64,000 nt of DNA from Cenarchaeum sp. (GTDB lineage: Archaea > Thermoproteota > Nitrososphaeria > Nitrososphaerales > Nitrosopumilaceae), in NCBI GenBank assembly GCA_965242695.1, contig CBDESU010000001.1, positions 1,248,001-1,312,000 of the forward strand. The letters are read 5' to 3'. Under the pieces are notes generated by a model. The model was given only the letters and a program-made list of their open reading frames with translations. It had not been told where the DNA came from and did no database searches. Each line of letters starts with the position of its first letter. Position 1 is the first letter of the stretch. Shown piece by piece: positions 30,022 through 40,235 of the stretch. The translations under genes and the position numbers were made by a program.

Positions 30022-33000
30022 ATGCAGGCGGATCAGGGGGCCGCCGAGCGGGACGGCGGCCCGCGGCAGGCGGGTGCGGCCCCGCTCGGGGATGCACTGG
30101 GCGTGCTGATCCGCAGGTACCACAGCCTTTCCCCGGACAGGCGGGGCGGCATGACCGAGCAGGAGACGTGCACAATGTTCGTCCTGCCGATGCTTAGGGC
30201 GCTCGGCTGGGACGCGGAATTCACAGGCGGGGAGGGGGAGCGGGGGAGCGGCGCCTGCTGGTGCGAGCTCCGAACCGGCGGCGCGGCCAGGATTGTCGTC
30301 ATGGTGAGGAGGCCGTCGGACGGCCTAGATGCCCCCCGGCGCGCGGCGCCCGGGAAGGGATCGTCGTGCCCGGCGCAGGCGGTCGATCGCGCTTGGAACC
30401 TGCGGGCGGACTGGGCGGTGCTTACAAACTTCGAGGAAACCAGGCTGTACTACGCCCTGGCAGGGACCCCCGAGGAGGGGCTGGTGTTCGCCGTGCCGCT
30501 GGTCGACATGCCAGGCCGCCTCGACGACCTGTCGCTCCTGGCAAAAGAGTCGGCCGAGTCTGGGCGGCTGGGAGCGCTGAGGCTGCGCGCGCGGCGCGGG
30601 ACCGTAGACAGGCAGGTCGTCGACGACATGGGCGCCGTACGCCGCGAAATGCGCGACGACATGCTAAAAGGCGGCGCGGCGGCCGGCAGCGGCGGCGAAG
30701 GGCTGCTCGCCATGGCGCAGACGCTCATAGACCGCCTTGTCGTCATGCGCATCGCCGAGGACAGGGGGCTGATCGAGGCGGGCACGCTGCGCGGCGATCT
30801 GGATCGCTGGCGCAGGGCAGGACTGAGGTCGTCCTTTGCAAGGCACCTCCGCATGCGGTTCGGCGAGTTCGAGGAGGCCTACGGCATGGACCTGTTCAGG
30901 CCCGGCCCCGTCGACGGCGTCGCGCTGTCGAACGGCGTCCTTGCGCGGGCCATCGACCGGCTCTACGCCTACGACTTTTCCCTGATCGGCTCGGACGTGC
31001 TCGGCGGCATGTACGAGGACTACCTGGAGGCCTCGCCCGCGGGCGGCGGCCGGGCGCGGGCGTCCGCGGCCGGCGGCAGGGAGCGCAGGAGGCTCGGGAT
31101 ATACTACACCCCCGCGCACCTCGTATCGCACATACTGGACAGGACCCTTGGCAGGAAGCTTGCAGGGTGCAGGACCCCAGAGGACGTCTCGAGGATCAGG
31201 GTGCTCGATCCCTCGTGCGGGTCCGGATCGTTCCTGACAGGGGCGTTCGATTTTTTTCTCGAGTGGTACCGCGAGTACAACCGGAGGGCGGCCGAGGGAG
31301 GGGGCGAAGCCACGGCGACGGGAGGCGATGGGCCAGGGGACGGCGGCGGTGCGCCCGGCGGCGGCCTCGAGGCGGTCGAGGATCCAGGGCGCAGGATCCT
31401 GCGCGACAACCTGTTCGGCATCGACATAGACCCGCGGGCGGCCGGCGTTGCGGCGCTGAACCTGACGCTGAAGGCGATGACTAGGGGCGAAAAGCCGGAC
31501 GAGATACTCGGAACCAGCATACTGGTCGGCAACGCCCTTGTGACAGGGAGTGAGGCCGGCTGCGAGCAGCTCGATCCGGGCGAGCGGGCCGCCCTGCGGC
31601 CGCTCGATGCGGCGCGGCTTCCGCACGACCGGTTCGACGTGGTAGTCGGAAACCCGCCGTACTACGCGGTGCGCGGGGGCGACCCGATCCGGGTGTCGGA
31701 GGCGTTCGAGGCCGTCAGAGGGGGCGGCACGGTCAACGCCGCAATGATGTTCATCAAGCGCTCGATCGATCTGCTCGACGGCGACGGCGGCCGCCTCGGC
31801 CTGGTGATCCCAAAGGCATGCGCGTACGCAAGGGGCTGGTCCGGCGCGCGGGGCCTGCTGTTTGATCGGGTGAGGCTCACCGGAGTCGTCGACTGCAGGG
31901 AGGCGTTCCGCGGCGTCGACCTGGAGCAGATCGTCGTAGTGTGCGAAAAGGACAAAGGCGGCGCGCGGGGCGGCGACGGCGGCTCGTACGAGGCAGGGCT
32001 CGCGGGGCCCGACTCTGTGCAGGCGGGAGGCGCGATAGGCAGGGGGGTGTCCCGGGACGACGGCATGATCCACGTCGAGTCCGATCCCGCGTCGTGGTCG
32101 ATCGCCGAAAAGATGAGGTCGACCGGGGCAAGGCTCGGCGACCTGCTGCGGGGCGACGGCTGCCTGATCACGACCGGCGAGTACATGCAGGGGCTGGACT
32201 GCTGGATCAAGGACAGGCCGAAAGGGGGATTGCGCATGCTATCCGGCGACGACATTGCCAGGTACAGGATAAGCGCCTCGCGGTACTACCGGCGAGGCGA
32301 GAAGGCCGTCGAGTCCAGGAGCGCCAAGTCCAGGGCCGCGCTCGCGCCGCACGTCGTCGGGCAGCGAATCGTGGCGCACATAGGCAGCCCCGCGCCCCAC
32401 ATAGCGATGGCGTTTGCGTACGACGAGGAGGGATCGCGCGCGTTCGACACCGTAACGCACATAGTGCCGGGAAAGAGGATCGACGCGCACGCCCTTGTCG
32501 CCATACTCAACAGCCGCGCCGTCTCGTGGTATGCGCACCGGTTCGTGTTCTGCAACGCGGTGCGGGGCATGGACATGAGGCCTTGGTACGCGGAAAGGAT
32601 CGTCGTCCCGAGCCCGGATGCGGGAGCCGAGAAGGCGCTGGCCACGCTGGGGCGAACGATGGCCTCGCTCGCGGCCTCGAGGGATGCGAGCAGGCCCCGG
32701 CTGCGCGACTACCTTGCCGAGCGCGCCCAGGGCGCGCTGAGGCTGCGCGACTACGTTGGGGACGCCGCGGCATGCGATCGCCGCATACACGACAAGGCCA
32801 CGGTTGGCACGGCAAGCCGCCTAGAGGCCGTCGACGAGGGCGGCGGGTGGCTTGGATTTTTTGCAGACTATTCCCCGCCGCGCACGAGGATCGCGCGGCG
32901 CAGGAGGATCGTGAGCCTGCGCGTGCGCGACAGGGGGATCCGCGACTACATCCGTGCAGAGGCCGGCAGGGGCGGGGCGCTCCGCCCGGCGCGCGGAGCG

Positions 33001-33252
33001 ACCCTGTACGAGCAGGCCGCAGATGCGAGGATCGGGTCGTACGGCAAGAGCGCCGCAGAAAGCGCCAAGGCGCTCGGGTCGATGCTGAGGCCGTACGCCA
33101 GGGATGCCGCGAGGCACGATGCCTGGAGGGCCAGGTTTGCGGCCGCCGATGCCGAGATAGACGGGATCGTCTGCCGCGCGTTCGGGCTTTCGGACGCCGA
33201 TGAGCGGCGGATCAACGAGTCGTCGCGGCCGCCGGGGCGGAGCAGATACTAG
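30022..33252 (+). CDS. Type IIG-like restriction-modification protein (amino-methyltransferase plus TRD; nuclease motif degenerate)
   Basis: GIYYTP; VLDPSCGSGSFL; GIDID; VVGNPPY; N-terminal PMLRALGWD...LTNFEE. Confidence 0.88.
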   Translation: MQADQGAAERDGGPRQAGAAPLGDALGVLIRRYHSLSPDRRGGMTEQETCTMFVLPMLRALGWDAEFTGGEGERGSGACWCELRTGGAARIVVMVRRPSDGLDAPRRAAPGKGSSCPAQAVDRAWNLRADWAVLTNFEETRLYYALAGTPEEGLVFAVPLVDMPGRLDDLSLLAKESAESGRLGALRLRARRGTVDRQVVDDMGAVRREMRDDMLKGGAAAGSGGEGLLAMAQTLIDRLVVMRIAEDRGLIEAGTLRGDLDRWRRAGLRSSFARHLRMRFGEFEEAYGMDLFRPGPVDGVALSNGVLARAIDRLYAYDFSLIGSDVLGGMYEDYLEASPAGGGRARASAAGGRERRRLGIYYTPAHLVSHILDRTLGRKLAGCRTPEDVSRIRVLDPSCGSGSFLTGAFDFFLEWYREYNRRAAEGGGEATATGGDGPGDGGGAPGGGLEAVEDPGRRILRDNLFGIDIDPRAAGVAALNLTLKAMTRGEKPDEILGTSILVGNALVTGSEAGCEQLDPGERAALRPLDAARLPHDRFDVVVGNPPYYAVRGGDPIRVSEAFEAVRGGGTVNAAMMFIKRSIDLLDGDGGRLGLVIPKACAYARGWSGARGLLFDRVRLTGVVDCREAFRGVDLEQIVVVCEKDKGGARGGDGGSYEAGLAGPDSVQAGGAIGRGVSRDDGMIHVESDPASWSIAEKMRSTGARLGDLLRGDGCLITTGEYMQGLDCWIKDRPKGGLRMLSGDDIARYRISASRYYRRGEKAVESRSAKSRAALAPHVVGQRIVAHIGSPAPHIAMAFAYDEEGSRAFDTVTHIVPGKRIDAHALVAILNSRAVSWYAHRFVFCNAVRGMDMRPWYAERIVVPSPDAGAEKALATLGRTMASLAASRDASRPRLRDYLAERAQGALRLRDYVGDAAACDRRIHDKATVGTASRLEAVDEGGGWLGFFADYSPPRTRIARRRRIVSLRVRDRGIRDYIRAEAGRGGALRPARGATLYEQAADARIGSYGKSAAESAKALGSMLRPYARDAARHDAWRARFAAADAEIDGIVCRAFGLSDADERRINESSRPPGRSRY

Positions 33253-33510
33253 GCGGGATCCGCCGGCCTAGGCGCGCTGCGGTGCTTTTGCGCAGTTCTG
33301 TCCTCCAAAGCCGCCAAGGTCCCCCCCCCCCCTCCTCGCCCGCATCATGTGGGAGGAGACGGTCTGGATCATGCAATGCGTACGGCGAGGCCAGATCCTT
33401 CTCGTGCGTCATTCAAGCCCGGCACGAGGAGGCGGCCGCGCGGCAGGACGGGCGGATCGCGCCGATGCGTCCGCCGCAACCTGGGCCGCGGCGCCTGGAA
33501 GTGCAGGGGC

Positions 33511-36500
33511 CTACCCGGCGCCGGCGCACTCTGCCGTGTACTCGACGCGCTGGGCCAGCTCGGCTTCATCCACCTGGGCGTGCCCCGTCAGGTTGAGCAT
33601 GAACCACAGCGGCGCCTCTAGGCCGCCGCCGAGATTGCGCGCGACGGAAGCGCCTCCCGCCGGCAGCGGGGCGAATCCCGCATCCGATCCGGCCGCGCTC
33701 AGCAGCGTAGCATTGGCCGGAATCTGCGACAAGGTGGCGTTCAAGACGGGCGCGCCCGGAAGCGGAGTGACGGACCACGGTGTCGCATCGAGCTCGACGC
33801 GCGCAAACGGCAGCGATCCCAAGTTTACCACCGCCTGCTCGGCCGCATCGGAATAGTCGCCGGGCCTAGCCTGCGCGGCCAGGCGCTCCGAGCCGAGGCG
33901 CATCGAGCACGTGTGGTCGACGGGCGGCGGCGTGCCGCGCTCGGATGCGGCGGTGCCGAACCGCGTCAGGTGGTACGTGTGGACGACCATGTCGCCTCCC
34001 GACTCGATCCGGCACTCGCCCGAGCCGCCGAGCTGGCGGTGGACCCTCTCCGTGTCGTCGGCAGCGCATGCCAAGTCGATCGGCACGATCGCGCCGTCCT
34101 CTCCCTCGATGTAGAACGCGCGGCCGCCGGCCTGGCCGTCAAGGGATATGCGGACGGGTATGTCGAACGTGATGCGGCCGTCGCCGTTGCCGCCGGCCTC
34201 GACGATCGTTCGCAGGATCATTCCGCCAGAGCTGGGATATGCCAGGGCGGCCGTGGCAGCCTCGTTGGAGACCTCTCCGCCGTCCACGTACAGGTAGAGC
34301 GTGCCGGCGGCGGGGACGGACATTGCTGTGACGCCCGGCGGGAACGTCACCGCGCCGAACGAGGCCGTCAGCGTGACGGCCTCTGCCGGGAACGTGGCAG
34401 TGCCCTGCGCGTCGGGCGTGCGGGCCAGTGCCGTCACGTTGATCGCCAAGCGCGCAGCCTCGCCGGCCGCGGTGCCGTCGACTGCCCGGGTAAAGCCGTC
34501 CGGCTCGATGCTGACGGGCGCCGGCCGCGTCTGCGCAACTAGGACGGTCTCCAGCATCCGTCCGGATGCGACTGGTATGTCCCCGGCCGCAAACCGCGGC
34601 GGGTCTACTCCCTGTCCGCCCGTCCCCTCCAGGTCGACTGCAAGTGTGATCGCCCCCGACTGGTTGCGGCCCACGCCGTCCCCGCCGAACGCGACGGTGT
34701 GGACCGCCGTGCCCAGCCCCTCCACACCCGATACGGCGCGCGTGCCGCCACCGCCTCCGTCTTCTGCGTCGATCTCAACCGCAGCGTACACGGGGCCGTC
34801 GTGTCCCGCCGGCGGCCCGAGCGCCGCCGAGTACGTTATTGTCACGGCGTTGCGGGCGGTGAATGCGGCCCTGGCCGTCGCGTTGCCCTGCGGCGGCGCC
34901 GCCCCGGCCAGATCGAGCGGGAGTGCGGCGTCCGTCCCGAGCGGAAGCCGGGCCGCATCGATCACCGCCGTCTCGTCCATCTCGAGCACGCCCGTCGCCC
35001 CAGGCCCTGCCGGGTCGCCGCCGAATGCCACCGTGTGCACGGCGGTTCCGTTGCCCGTCAGGCTGGAGACCACACGCAGGCCGCCTCCCGAGGACAGCGT
35101 GACGGACGCGTACGCGCCGGGCGCGGCCCATACGGGCTCCGTGTACTGGATCTCGGCCGCGTTCGGCCCCGCAACACGGGCGGATCGTACCCCTGGGGCG
35201 ATCCCGTCTCCGACGCTCGTCGACGAGGCGGCAGGCTCGTTGCCGGCCGGATCGGCAACGTTGCCGCCCGCCGGATCGTACGAGATCACCACCCCGTCGG
35301 GGGCCGTATCGGGCAGATCGCCGTCAAGGGTAAGATCGAGCGAGGTAGACGGCTCCGCAATGTCCTGGCTCAAGGCGACATCCAGCCCCTCGGCGTCGCG
35401 GCCCGACACGGACCAGCCGCCGGCGCCGGCGCCCGGGGCCAGCACGGGCTCGCTGAACAAGACCCGCATCGTGTCGAGCGATACGGCCGTTGCGCTGCGC
35501 ACCGACGGCGACTGGCCGTCGTCAAGATCGATCGCCCCGTCCGCGCCGAGCGCGTGACCCGCCGCATCGCGCACCGCCGCAGGATCCATTTCGAGTACGC
35601 CCGTAGCGGCCGGCCCGGCGGGGTCGCCGCCGAATGCCACCGTGTGCACGGCCGTCCCGTTGCCCTCGAGTCCGTCGACCGCACGCGGGGCCCCGCCCGA
35701 GGCCAGCGTCACGGACGCGTACGCTCCGGGCTCGGCCCACATGGGCTCCGTGTACCGGATCTCGGCCGAGTCGGGGCCCGCAATGGCGGCCGACCTGATC
35801 TCTGGGACGATCCCGTCTCCGACGCTCGTCGACGAGGCGACAAGGCCGTTTCCGGCCGCATCCTCGACGCTGCCGCCGGCCGGGCGGTACGAGAGGGTTA
35901 TCGCGTCCGGAGCGGTGTCGGGCAGATCGCCTCCCAGTGTGAGATCGAGCGAGGCGGACGGCCCTGCAAGATCCTGGCTCGATGCGACGGCAAGCCCCAC
36001 TGCGTCGCGGCCCGAGATCGCCCAGCCGCCGGCGCCCGTGCCCGGGGCCACCACGGGCTCGGTGAACGAGACGCGAATCGTGTCGAGCGAGACGGCCGTG
36101 GCGGCGAGCACCAACGGCGACTGGCCGTCGTCGAGCGTGCGCTGGATCGTGCCGTCGCCGAGCAGCATGTCCGATCCGTCCGATCCCGGCGACACGACGG
36201 CCGCCCCGTCAATCTCCACGCTGCCGGTCGCGTTCGGCTGCGCGTCGCCCGGGGTGAACGTGAGCGTGTGGAAGTGGCTGCCGCCACCGTCTCCCCCGTC
36301 CAGCCCCGTTATCGTCCTGTTCTGCCCGCCGACCGCGAGCGACGAGTACGCCTCGAGTGGGGCCTCTGCGTTTCTGGTGTACGCAATGACGGCCGTGTCG
36401 GGCCCCGTAATCCTCGACGAGAATACGTCCAGCACCCTCCCGTCTAGGATGTCCACGGTCAAGACGTCGTCGCCGAGCGGGTTTGCCGGGTCTGCCTCGT

Positions 36501-39225
36501 CGAGTACGGCCGTGCCGTCGACGGCCATGCTGCTAGGCGGCTCGGGGACGGGGGCCGGCTCGCCGGCAAAGCCGATCACGTGCTGGCGGAGGGCGGCCGT
36601 GTCGTGGGGACTGATCGTGCGGGAAGTCCCTCCGATCTCGAGCCCCGAGTAGGCTCCCTGCGATGCGGCGACCGGCTCTGTATAGTCGATTGTAATCTCC
36701 AGGTTCCCCGTGATCAGCGCCTCGTCAATGCTCGGCCGTATGCGGTCGGCCACGGCTATGCCCGTCCTGTCCTGCAGCTGGTTGCCGGCCTCGTCCCTAA
36801 TGCCGCCCTCGCTGGCGTCGTATGACAGCTCGAGATCGGGGGCCGTGTCAGGCAGGGTGTCGTTGAACGCAAAGACGATCTCGGTCTTCGGCGCCGACGC
36901 ATTGACGGGCCCGAGGGCGGCTATGGAAAGGTTGGCCGCGCTGGGCCCCGATATGGACCAGCCGGCCGAGGCGTTCATCGAGCCCGACGTGACGGGCCCG
37001 TCAAAAGTGACGCGTATGCGGTCCAGGGACTCGGCCTCGGCCAACCGCACCTTGGGCGCCACGGTGTCGACTGCAATGTCCTTGCGCTCTCCGAGCGTGT
37101 CATCGAAGCCCCATCCCGGCAGCTCCAGGTCGGCGTCGTTGCCGGCCGCGTCCCGTATGGTCCCGCCGTTGGCGGACAGGGCCGCCGTGCCCGTATAGTT
37201 CAGGTCGTCCGTCTCGTCGCCCTGCCGCACCGTGTACGAGAATACCAGCGTGTCGGAGTTGTTGCCTCCGGCAAGCGTTGCATTCCTGTCGGTCGCGCCC
37301 GTCTCGAGCCGTATGGACGGCGTGCCGCTTGCGTTGCTGAAGACGACGATCTCGCTAAGTTTCACCCGCACGTCGATCGTGGTGCCGACGGGGTGCAGGC
37401 CGTCGTCCGTTTCCGAGTAGACATACTCTACCTCTGGGCTGACCGTATCGAGTGTGATCATGCCAGAGTCGAGCAGGCCGTCCGTGCCAGGCTGGGGCAG
37501 GGCCAGGTCGGTGGCCCTGTTGCCGACCGCGTCCCGTATGATCGCGCCGTTCTCGGTCAGGGCCGTTGTGCCCGCATAGTCCAGGTCGGCCGTGTCGTCG
37601 CCATCCGTCACACTGTAGGAAAACTCCAGCGTCCGGCCGGTGCTCGCGGCCGCGTCGTACTCGGCGTAGCGGGCAACTGCCGCCCCCGTGCTCAGCTCGA
37701 TCCGCGGCGTGCCGCCCGTTTCGTCGACGACGACATCCTCGCTGAAGGTTACCGTGACGACTATGCGCGAATCGATGCCGTACGTGCCGTTGGGGGTCGT
37801 CGACGAGACCGACTCGACGGTCGGTCGCGTTGTGTCAAGGCGGATTGGCCCCAAGGCGCCGAACGGCCCGGCCATGACGGGATCGGGCAGGGCCAGGTCG
37901 GTGGCCCTGTTGCCGACCGCGTCCCGTATGATCGCGCCGTTCTCGGTCAGGGCCGTTGTGCCCGCATAGTCCAGGTCGGCCGTGTCGTCGCCATCCGTCA
38001 CACTGTAGGAAAACTCCAGCGTCCGGCCGGTGCTCGCGGCCGCGTCGTACTCGGCGTAGCGGGCAACTGCCGCCCCCGTGCTCAGCTCGATCCACGGCGT
38101 GCCGCCGGCGGTGTCGACATCTACGTTCTCGCTGAACAGGGCCCTGACTGCGATGATCGAGCCCTCCCTGTGCGGGCCCGTCCCGTTCGGGGACGTGACG
38201 TTCAGGACGGTCGGCCGGGTTGCATCTATCGGAACGGGCCCCGAGCGGCCGAGCGGGCCCGATGCGGACAGGGTCAGGTTGGCAGGGTTGCCTGGCTTGT
38301 CTGTCATGTTGCCGGCCGTTGTCAGCGCCATCGTGCCGTTGTAGCCTACGTCGGACGCATCGTCGCCGCCCTGCACCTCGTAGGCGAACGTGAACCTGTT
38401 TGTGTTGTTTCCCCCCGTGTAGCTGGCGTTGCGCGTCTCCCCGCTGCTCAGGTTGAGCATTAGAATGGGCGCGGCGCCCGAATAGACGACTGTATCGTCA
38501 AAGTTGACGCCGAATTCGATGCCGTCGCCCAGGCCGTATCCCCCGCTGGGGGGAGACACGGTGACGTTGGCCACGCGCGGCGCGATGCCGTCGAGTCTTA
38601 TGTCTGCCTGGGCCGACAGGGATCCTGGGCCCCTCGGCTGCGGTAGGTAGCATTTCATGGGATTATTATTGCCATCCTCAATTCTTGTGGTGGTCGAACC
38701 GTGTGTGACGACGAAGTACATCGCCCTTGTCGAGTCGTAGTCTAGGTCGCTGGTGTTGTCGCCGGCCCGCACCGTGTAGCGCCACTCGGCCCAGTGTCCA
38801 GAGTTTGGGGCCTCTGTGAAATTGGCATACCCCTCGGACTCGCCGCCCGTCTCGAGCCTGATGTGGGTGTGCCCTAGGAGATGAAGGGCGCTCTCGGTTG
38901 TATCGAAGCCCCCGCTGTCCGAACCAAAGTCGTAGGCGGAACTGGCGCGAATGTCGATCGTGTCGCCGATCTTGTACGTGCCGTTGGGCGAGCGGAATTC
39001 GATCGAGTTTATATTACTGGATCCCGATCTGTCGCACGGCCCCGCGGTGGCCGATCCTGCATGGGCATCGAGAGGCGCGGCCGCTACGGCAAGCGCGAGT
39101 ATGACGGCGGCCGCGGCAAGCGCGGCCATGGCGGAGGTCAGGCGGCGGCGGGCCGCTGTTCCGCGCCGCACCCCCCCCCCCAGGCCCTGCCGCGTGGGCT
39201 CCCGTGCGGCCGGCCCATGCCGCAT
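33511..39225 (-). CDS. Very large secreted or surface protein with tandem Ig-like repeats (start may be about 39130)
   Basis: Signal-like AMAALAAAAVILALAVAAAPLDAHA; repeats P-x-V-x-x-V...V-x-FSE-x-V...L-x-F-x-Y-x-V-x-x-GD...L-x-Y...NG-x-x-IRD-x-x-GN; second repeat class SLDTIRVxFxEPV. Confidence 0.85.
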   Translation of the reverse strand: MRHGPAAREPTRQGLGGGVRRGTAARRRLTSAMAALAAAAVILALAVAAAPLDAHAGSATAGPCDRSGSSNINSIEFRSPNGTYKIGDTIDIRASSAYDFGSDSGGFDTTESALHLLGHTHIRLETGGESEGYANFTEAPNSGHWAEWRYTVRAGDNTSDLDYDSTRAMYFVVTHGSTTTRIEDGNNNPMKCYLPQPRGPGSLSAQADIRLDGIAPRVANVTVSPPSGGYGLGDGIEFGVNFDDTVVYSGAAPILMLNLSSGETRNASYTGGNNTNRFTFAYEVQGGDDASDVGYNGTMALTTAGNMTDKPGNPANLTLSASGPLGRSGPVPIDATRPTVLNVTSPNGTGPHREGSIIAVRALFSENVDVDTAGGTPWIELSTGAAVARYAEYDAAASTGRTLEFSYSVTDGDDTADLDYAGTTALTENGAIIRDAVGNRATDLALPDPVMAGPFGALGPIRLDTTRPTVESVSSTTPNGTYGIDSRIVVTVTFSEDVVVDETGGTPRIELSTGAAVARYAEYDAAASTGRTLEFSYSVTDGDDTADLDYAGTTALTENGAIIRDAVGNRATDLALPQPGTDGLLDSGMITLDTVSPEVEYVYSETDDGLHPVGTTIDVRVKLSEIVVFSNASGTPSIRLETGATDRNATLAGGNNSDTLVFSYTVRQGDETDDLNYTGTAALSANGGTIRDAAGNDADLELPGWGFDDTLGERKDIAVDTVAPKVRLAEAESLDRIRVTFDGPVTSGSMNASAGWSISGPSAANLSIAALGPVNASAPKTEIVFAFNDTLPDTAPDLELSYDASEGGIRDEAGNQLQDRTGIAVADRIRPSIDEALITGNLEITIDYTEPVAASQGAYSGLEIGGTSRTISPHDTAALRQHVIGFAGEPAPVPEPPSSMAVDGTAVLDEADPANPLGDDVLTVDILDGRVLDVFSSRITGPDTAVIAYTRNAEAPLEAYSSLAVGGQNRTITGLDGGDGGGSHFHTLTFTPGDAQPNATGSVEIDGAAVVSPGSDGSDMLLGDGTIQRTLDDGQSPLVLAATAVSLDTIRVSFTEPVVAPGTGAGGWAISGRDAVGLAVASSQDLAGPSASLDLTLGGDLPDTAPDAITLSYRPAGGSVEDAAGNGLVASSTSVGDGIVPEIRSAAIAGPDSAEIRYTEPMWAEPGAYASVTLASGGAPRAVDGLEGNGTAVHTVAFGGDPAGPAATGVLEMDPAAVRDAAGHALGADGAIDLDDGQSPSVRSATAVSLDTMRVLFSEPVLAPGAGAGGWSVSGRDAEGLDVALSQDIAEPSTSLDLTLDGDLPDTAPDGVVISYDPAGGNVADPAGNEPAASSTSVGDGIAPGVRSARVAGPNAAEIQYTEPVWAAPGAYASVTLSSGGGLRVVSSLTGNGTAVHTVAFGGDPAGPGATGVLEMDETAVIDAARLPLGTDAALPLDLAGAAPPQGNATARAAFTARNAVTITYSAALGPPAGHDGPVYAAVEIDAEDGGGGGTRAVSGVEGLGTAVHTVAFGGDGVGRNQSGAITLAVDLEGTGGQGVDPPRFAAGDIPVASGRMLETVLVAQTRPAPVSIEPDGFTRAVDGTAAGEAARLAINVTALARTPDAQGTATFPAEAVTLTASFGAVTFPPGVTAMSVPAAGTLYLYVDGGEVSNEAATAALAYPSSGGMILRTIVEAGGNGDGRITFDIPVRISLDGQAGGRAFYIEGEDGAIVPIDLACAADDTERVHRQLGGSGECRIESGGDMVVHTYHLTRFGTAASERGTPPPVDHTCSMRLGSERLAAQARPGDYSDAAEQAVVNLGSLPFARVELDATPWSVTPLPGAPVLNATLSQIPANATLLSAAGSDAGFAPLPAGGASVARNLGGGLEAPLWFMLNLTGHAQVDEAELAQRVEYTAECAGAG
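37495..38092. repeat. Apparently identical ~208-bp intragenic duplication (37495-37702 and 37885-38092)
   Basis: Both copies encode IELSTGAAVARYAEYDAAASTGRTLEFSYSVTDGDDTADLDYAGTTALTENGAIIRDAVGNRATDLALP; offset 390 bp. Confidence 0.9.
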
Positions 39226-39308
39226 GCAGGGGATGTACCTTGCGCCATTGCTGTCCGCCTGTCGCCCAAATGGGGCCTATAAAAGCATGCGCTCGGGTCG
39301 ACAAGCTG

Positions 39309-39418
39309 GATGGCGCCCAGGGCGCCCGGTGAGGTCGGCTGGAGACCTTGCGCTCACTGTGGGCCACGACGTCGGGGGCGATGGCGCCCAGGGCGCCCGA
39401 TGAGGCGAGCCGGAGACC
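39309..39418. repeat. Repeat-spacer-repeat locus F: 39-bp diverged repeats, 32-bp spacer
   Basis: gatggcgcccagggcgcccggtgaggtcggctggagacc versus gatggcgcccagggcgcccgatgaggcgagccggagacc, period 71. Confidence 0.85.
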
Positions 39419-39597
39419 CCTGCAGGAGGCCTCGGAGATTCCGCGGGGCCACGCCGGGGCGATCGCAGGCGCCTAGAATCTTTGACAAGCTTGCAGATGG
39501 GTTTGCGCGCATGCCACAGTAGCCGCGCCCGCCGCCGGATTGCGGCGGATGCGATCGCCGCCAAGCCCTTTTATTACAGGCGCGGGCCGGCGCGCCC

Positions 39598-40218
39598 GTG
39601 TCCTACATGTACATGCCCGGCGCTACGGCCGTCGGCATGGCGTACTCTGACGGGATCGTCCTGGCCAGCGAGAAGCGCATCGCGTACGGCAACTTTCTCG
39701 TCAGCAAGACGACCCGCAAGACGTTTCAGATCACGCCGCGCGTCGGGGCGGCCTGCGCGGGGCTCGTCGCCGACATGCAGATACTCTCGCTGCAGGTGTC
39801 GGCGCTCGCAAAGATACGCCGCATGGACCTTCGCCGCGACATCCCCCCCAACTCGATCGCAAAGATGATGTCCAACATGATGTACGAGAGGCGGTTCTTT
39901 CCGCTGCTCACGCAGGTCATCGTGGGCGGGGTAGTCGGAAAGCCGGTCATCTACACGCTCGACCCGCTCGGATCGGTGCTGCCCGACGAGTACGCAGCCG
40001 TCGGGACCGGCGCCGAGGCGGCCCTCGGCGTGATGGATCCCGCGCTCGGGGGCGACGGCGGCAGGGCATCGTCGATGTCGCGGGACGATGCCGTGGGGCT
40101 TGCCGTAAAGGCCGTCAGGGCGGCGACCCTGAGGGACTCCTTCAGCGGCGACGGCATCGACGTCATGGTAATCGACAAGGACGGATCCTCGTCCGAGACG
40201 GCGCCCGCATCCGGCTAG
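39598..40218 (+). CDS. psmB: Proteasome beta subunit
   Basis: PGATAVG...GIVLASEKR...AGLVADMQ...DPLGS...AVGTG...RDSFSGDGIDV. Confidence 0.93.
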   Translation: MSYMYMPGATAVGMAYSDGIVLASEKRIAYGNFLVSKTTRKTFQITPRVGAACAGLVADMQILSLQVSALAKIRRMDLRRDIPPNSIAKMMSNMMYERRFFPLLTQVIVGGVVGKPVIYTLDPLGSVLPDEYAAVGTGAEAALGVMDPALGGDGGRASSMSRDDAVGLAVKAVRAATLRDSFSGDGIDVMVIDKDGSSSETAPASG

Positions 40219-40235
40219 GCGCGCGGAGGCCAGGA

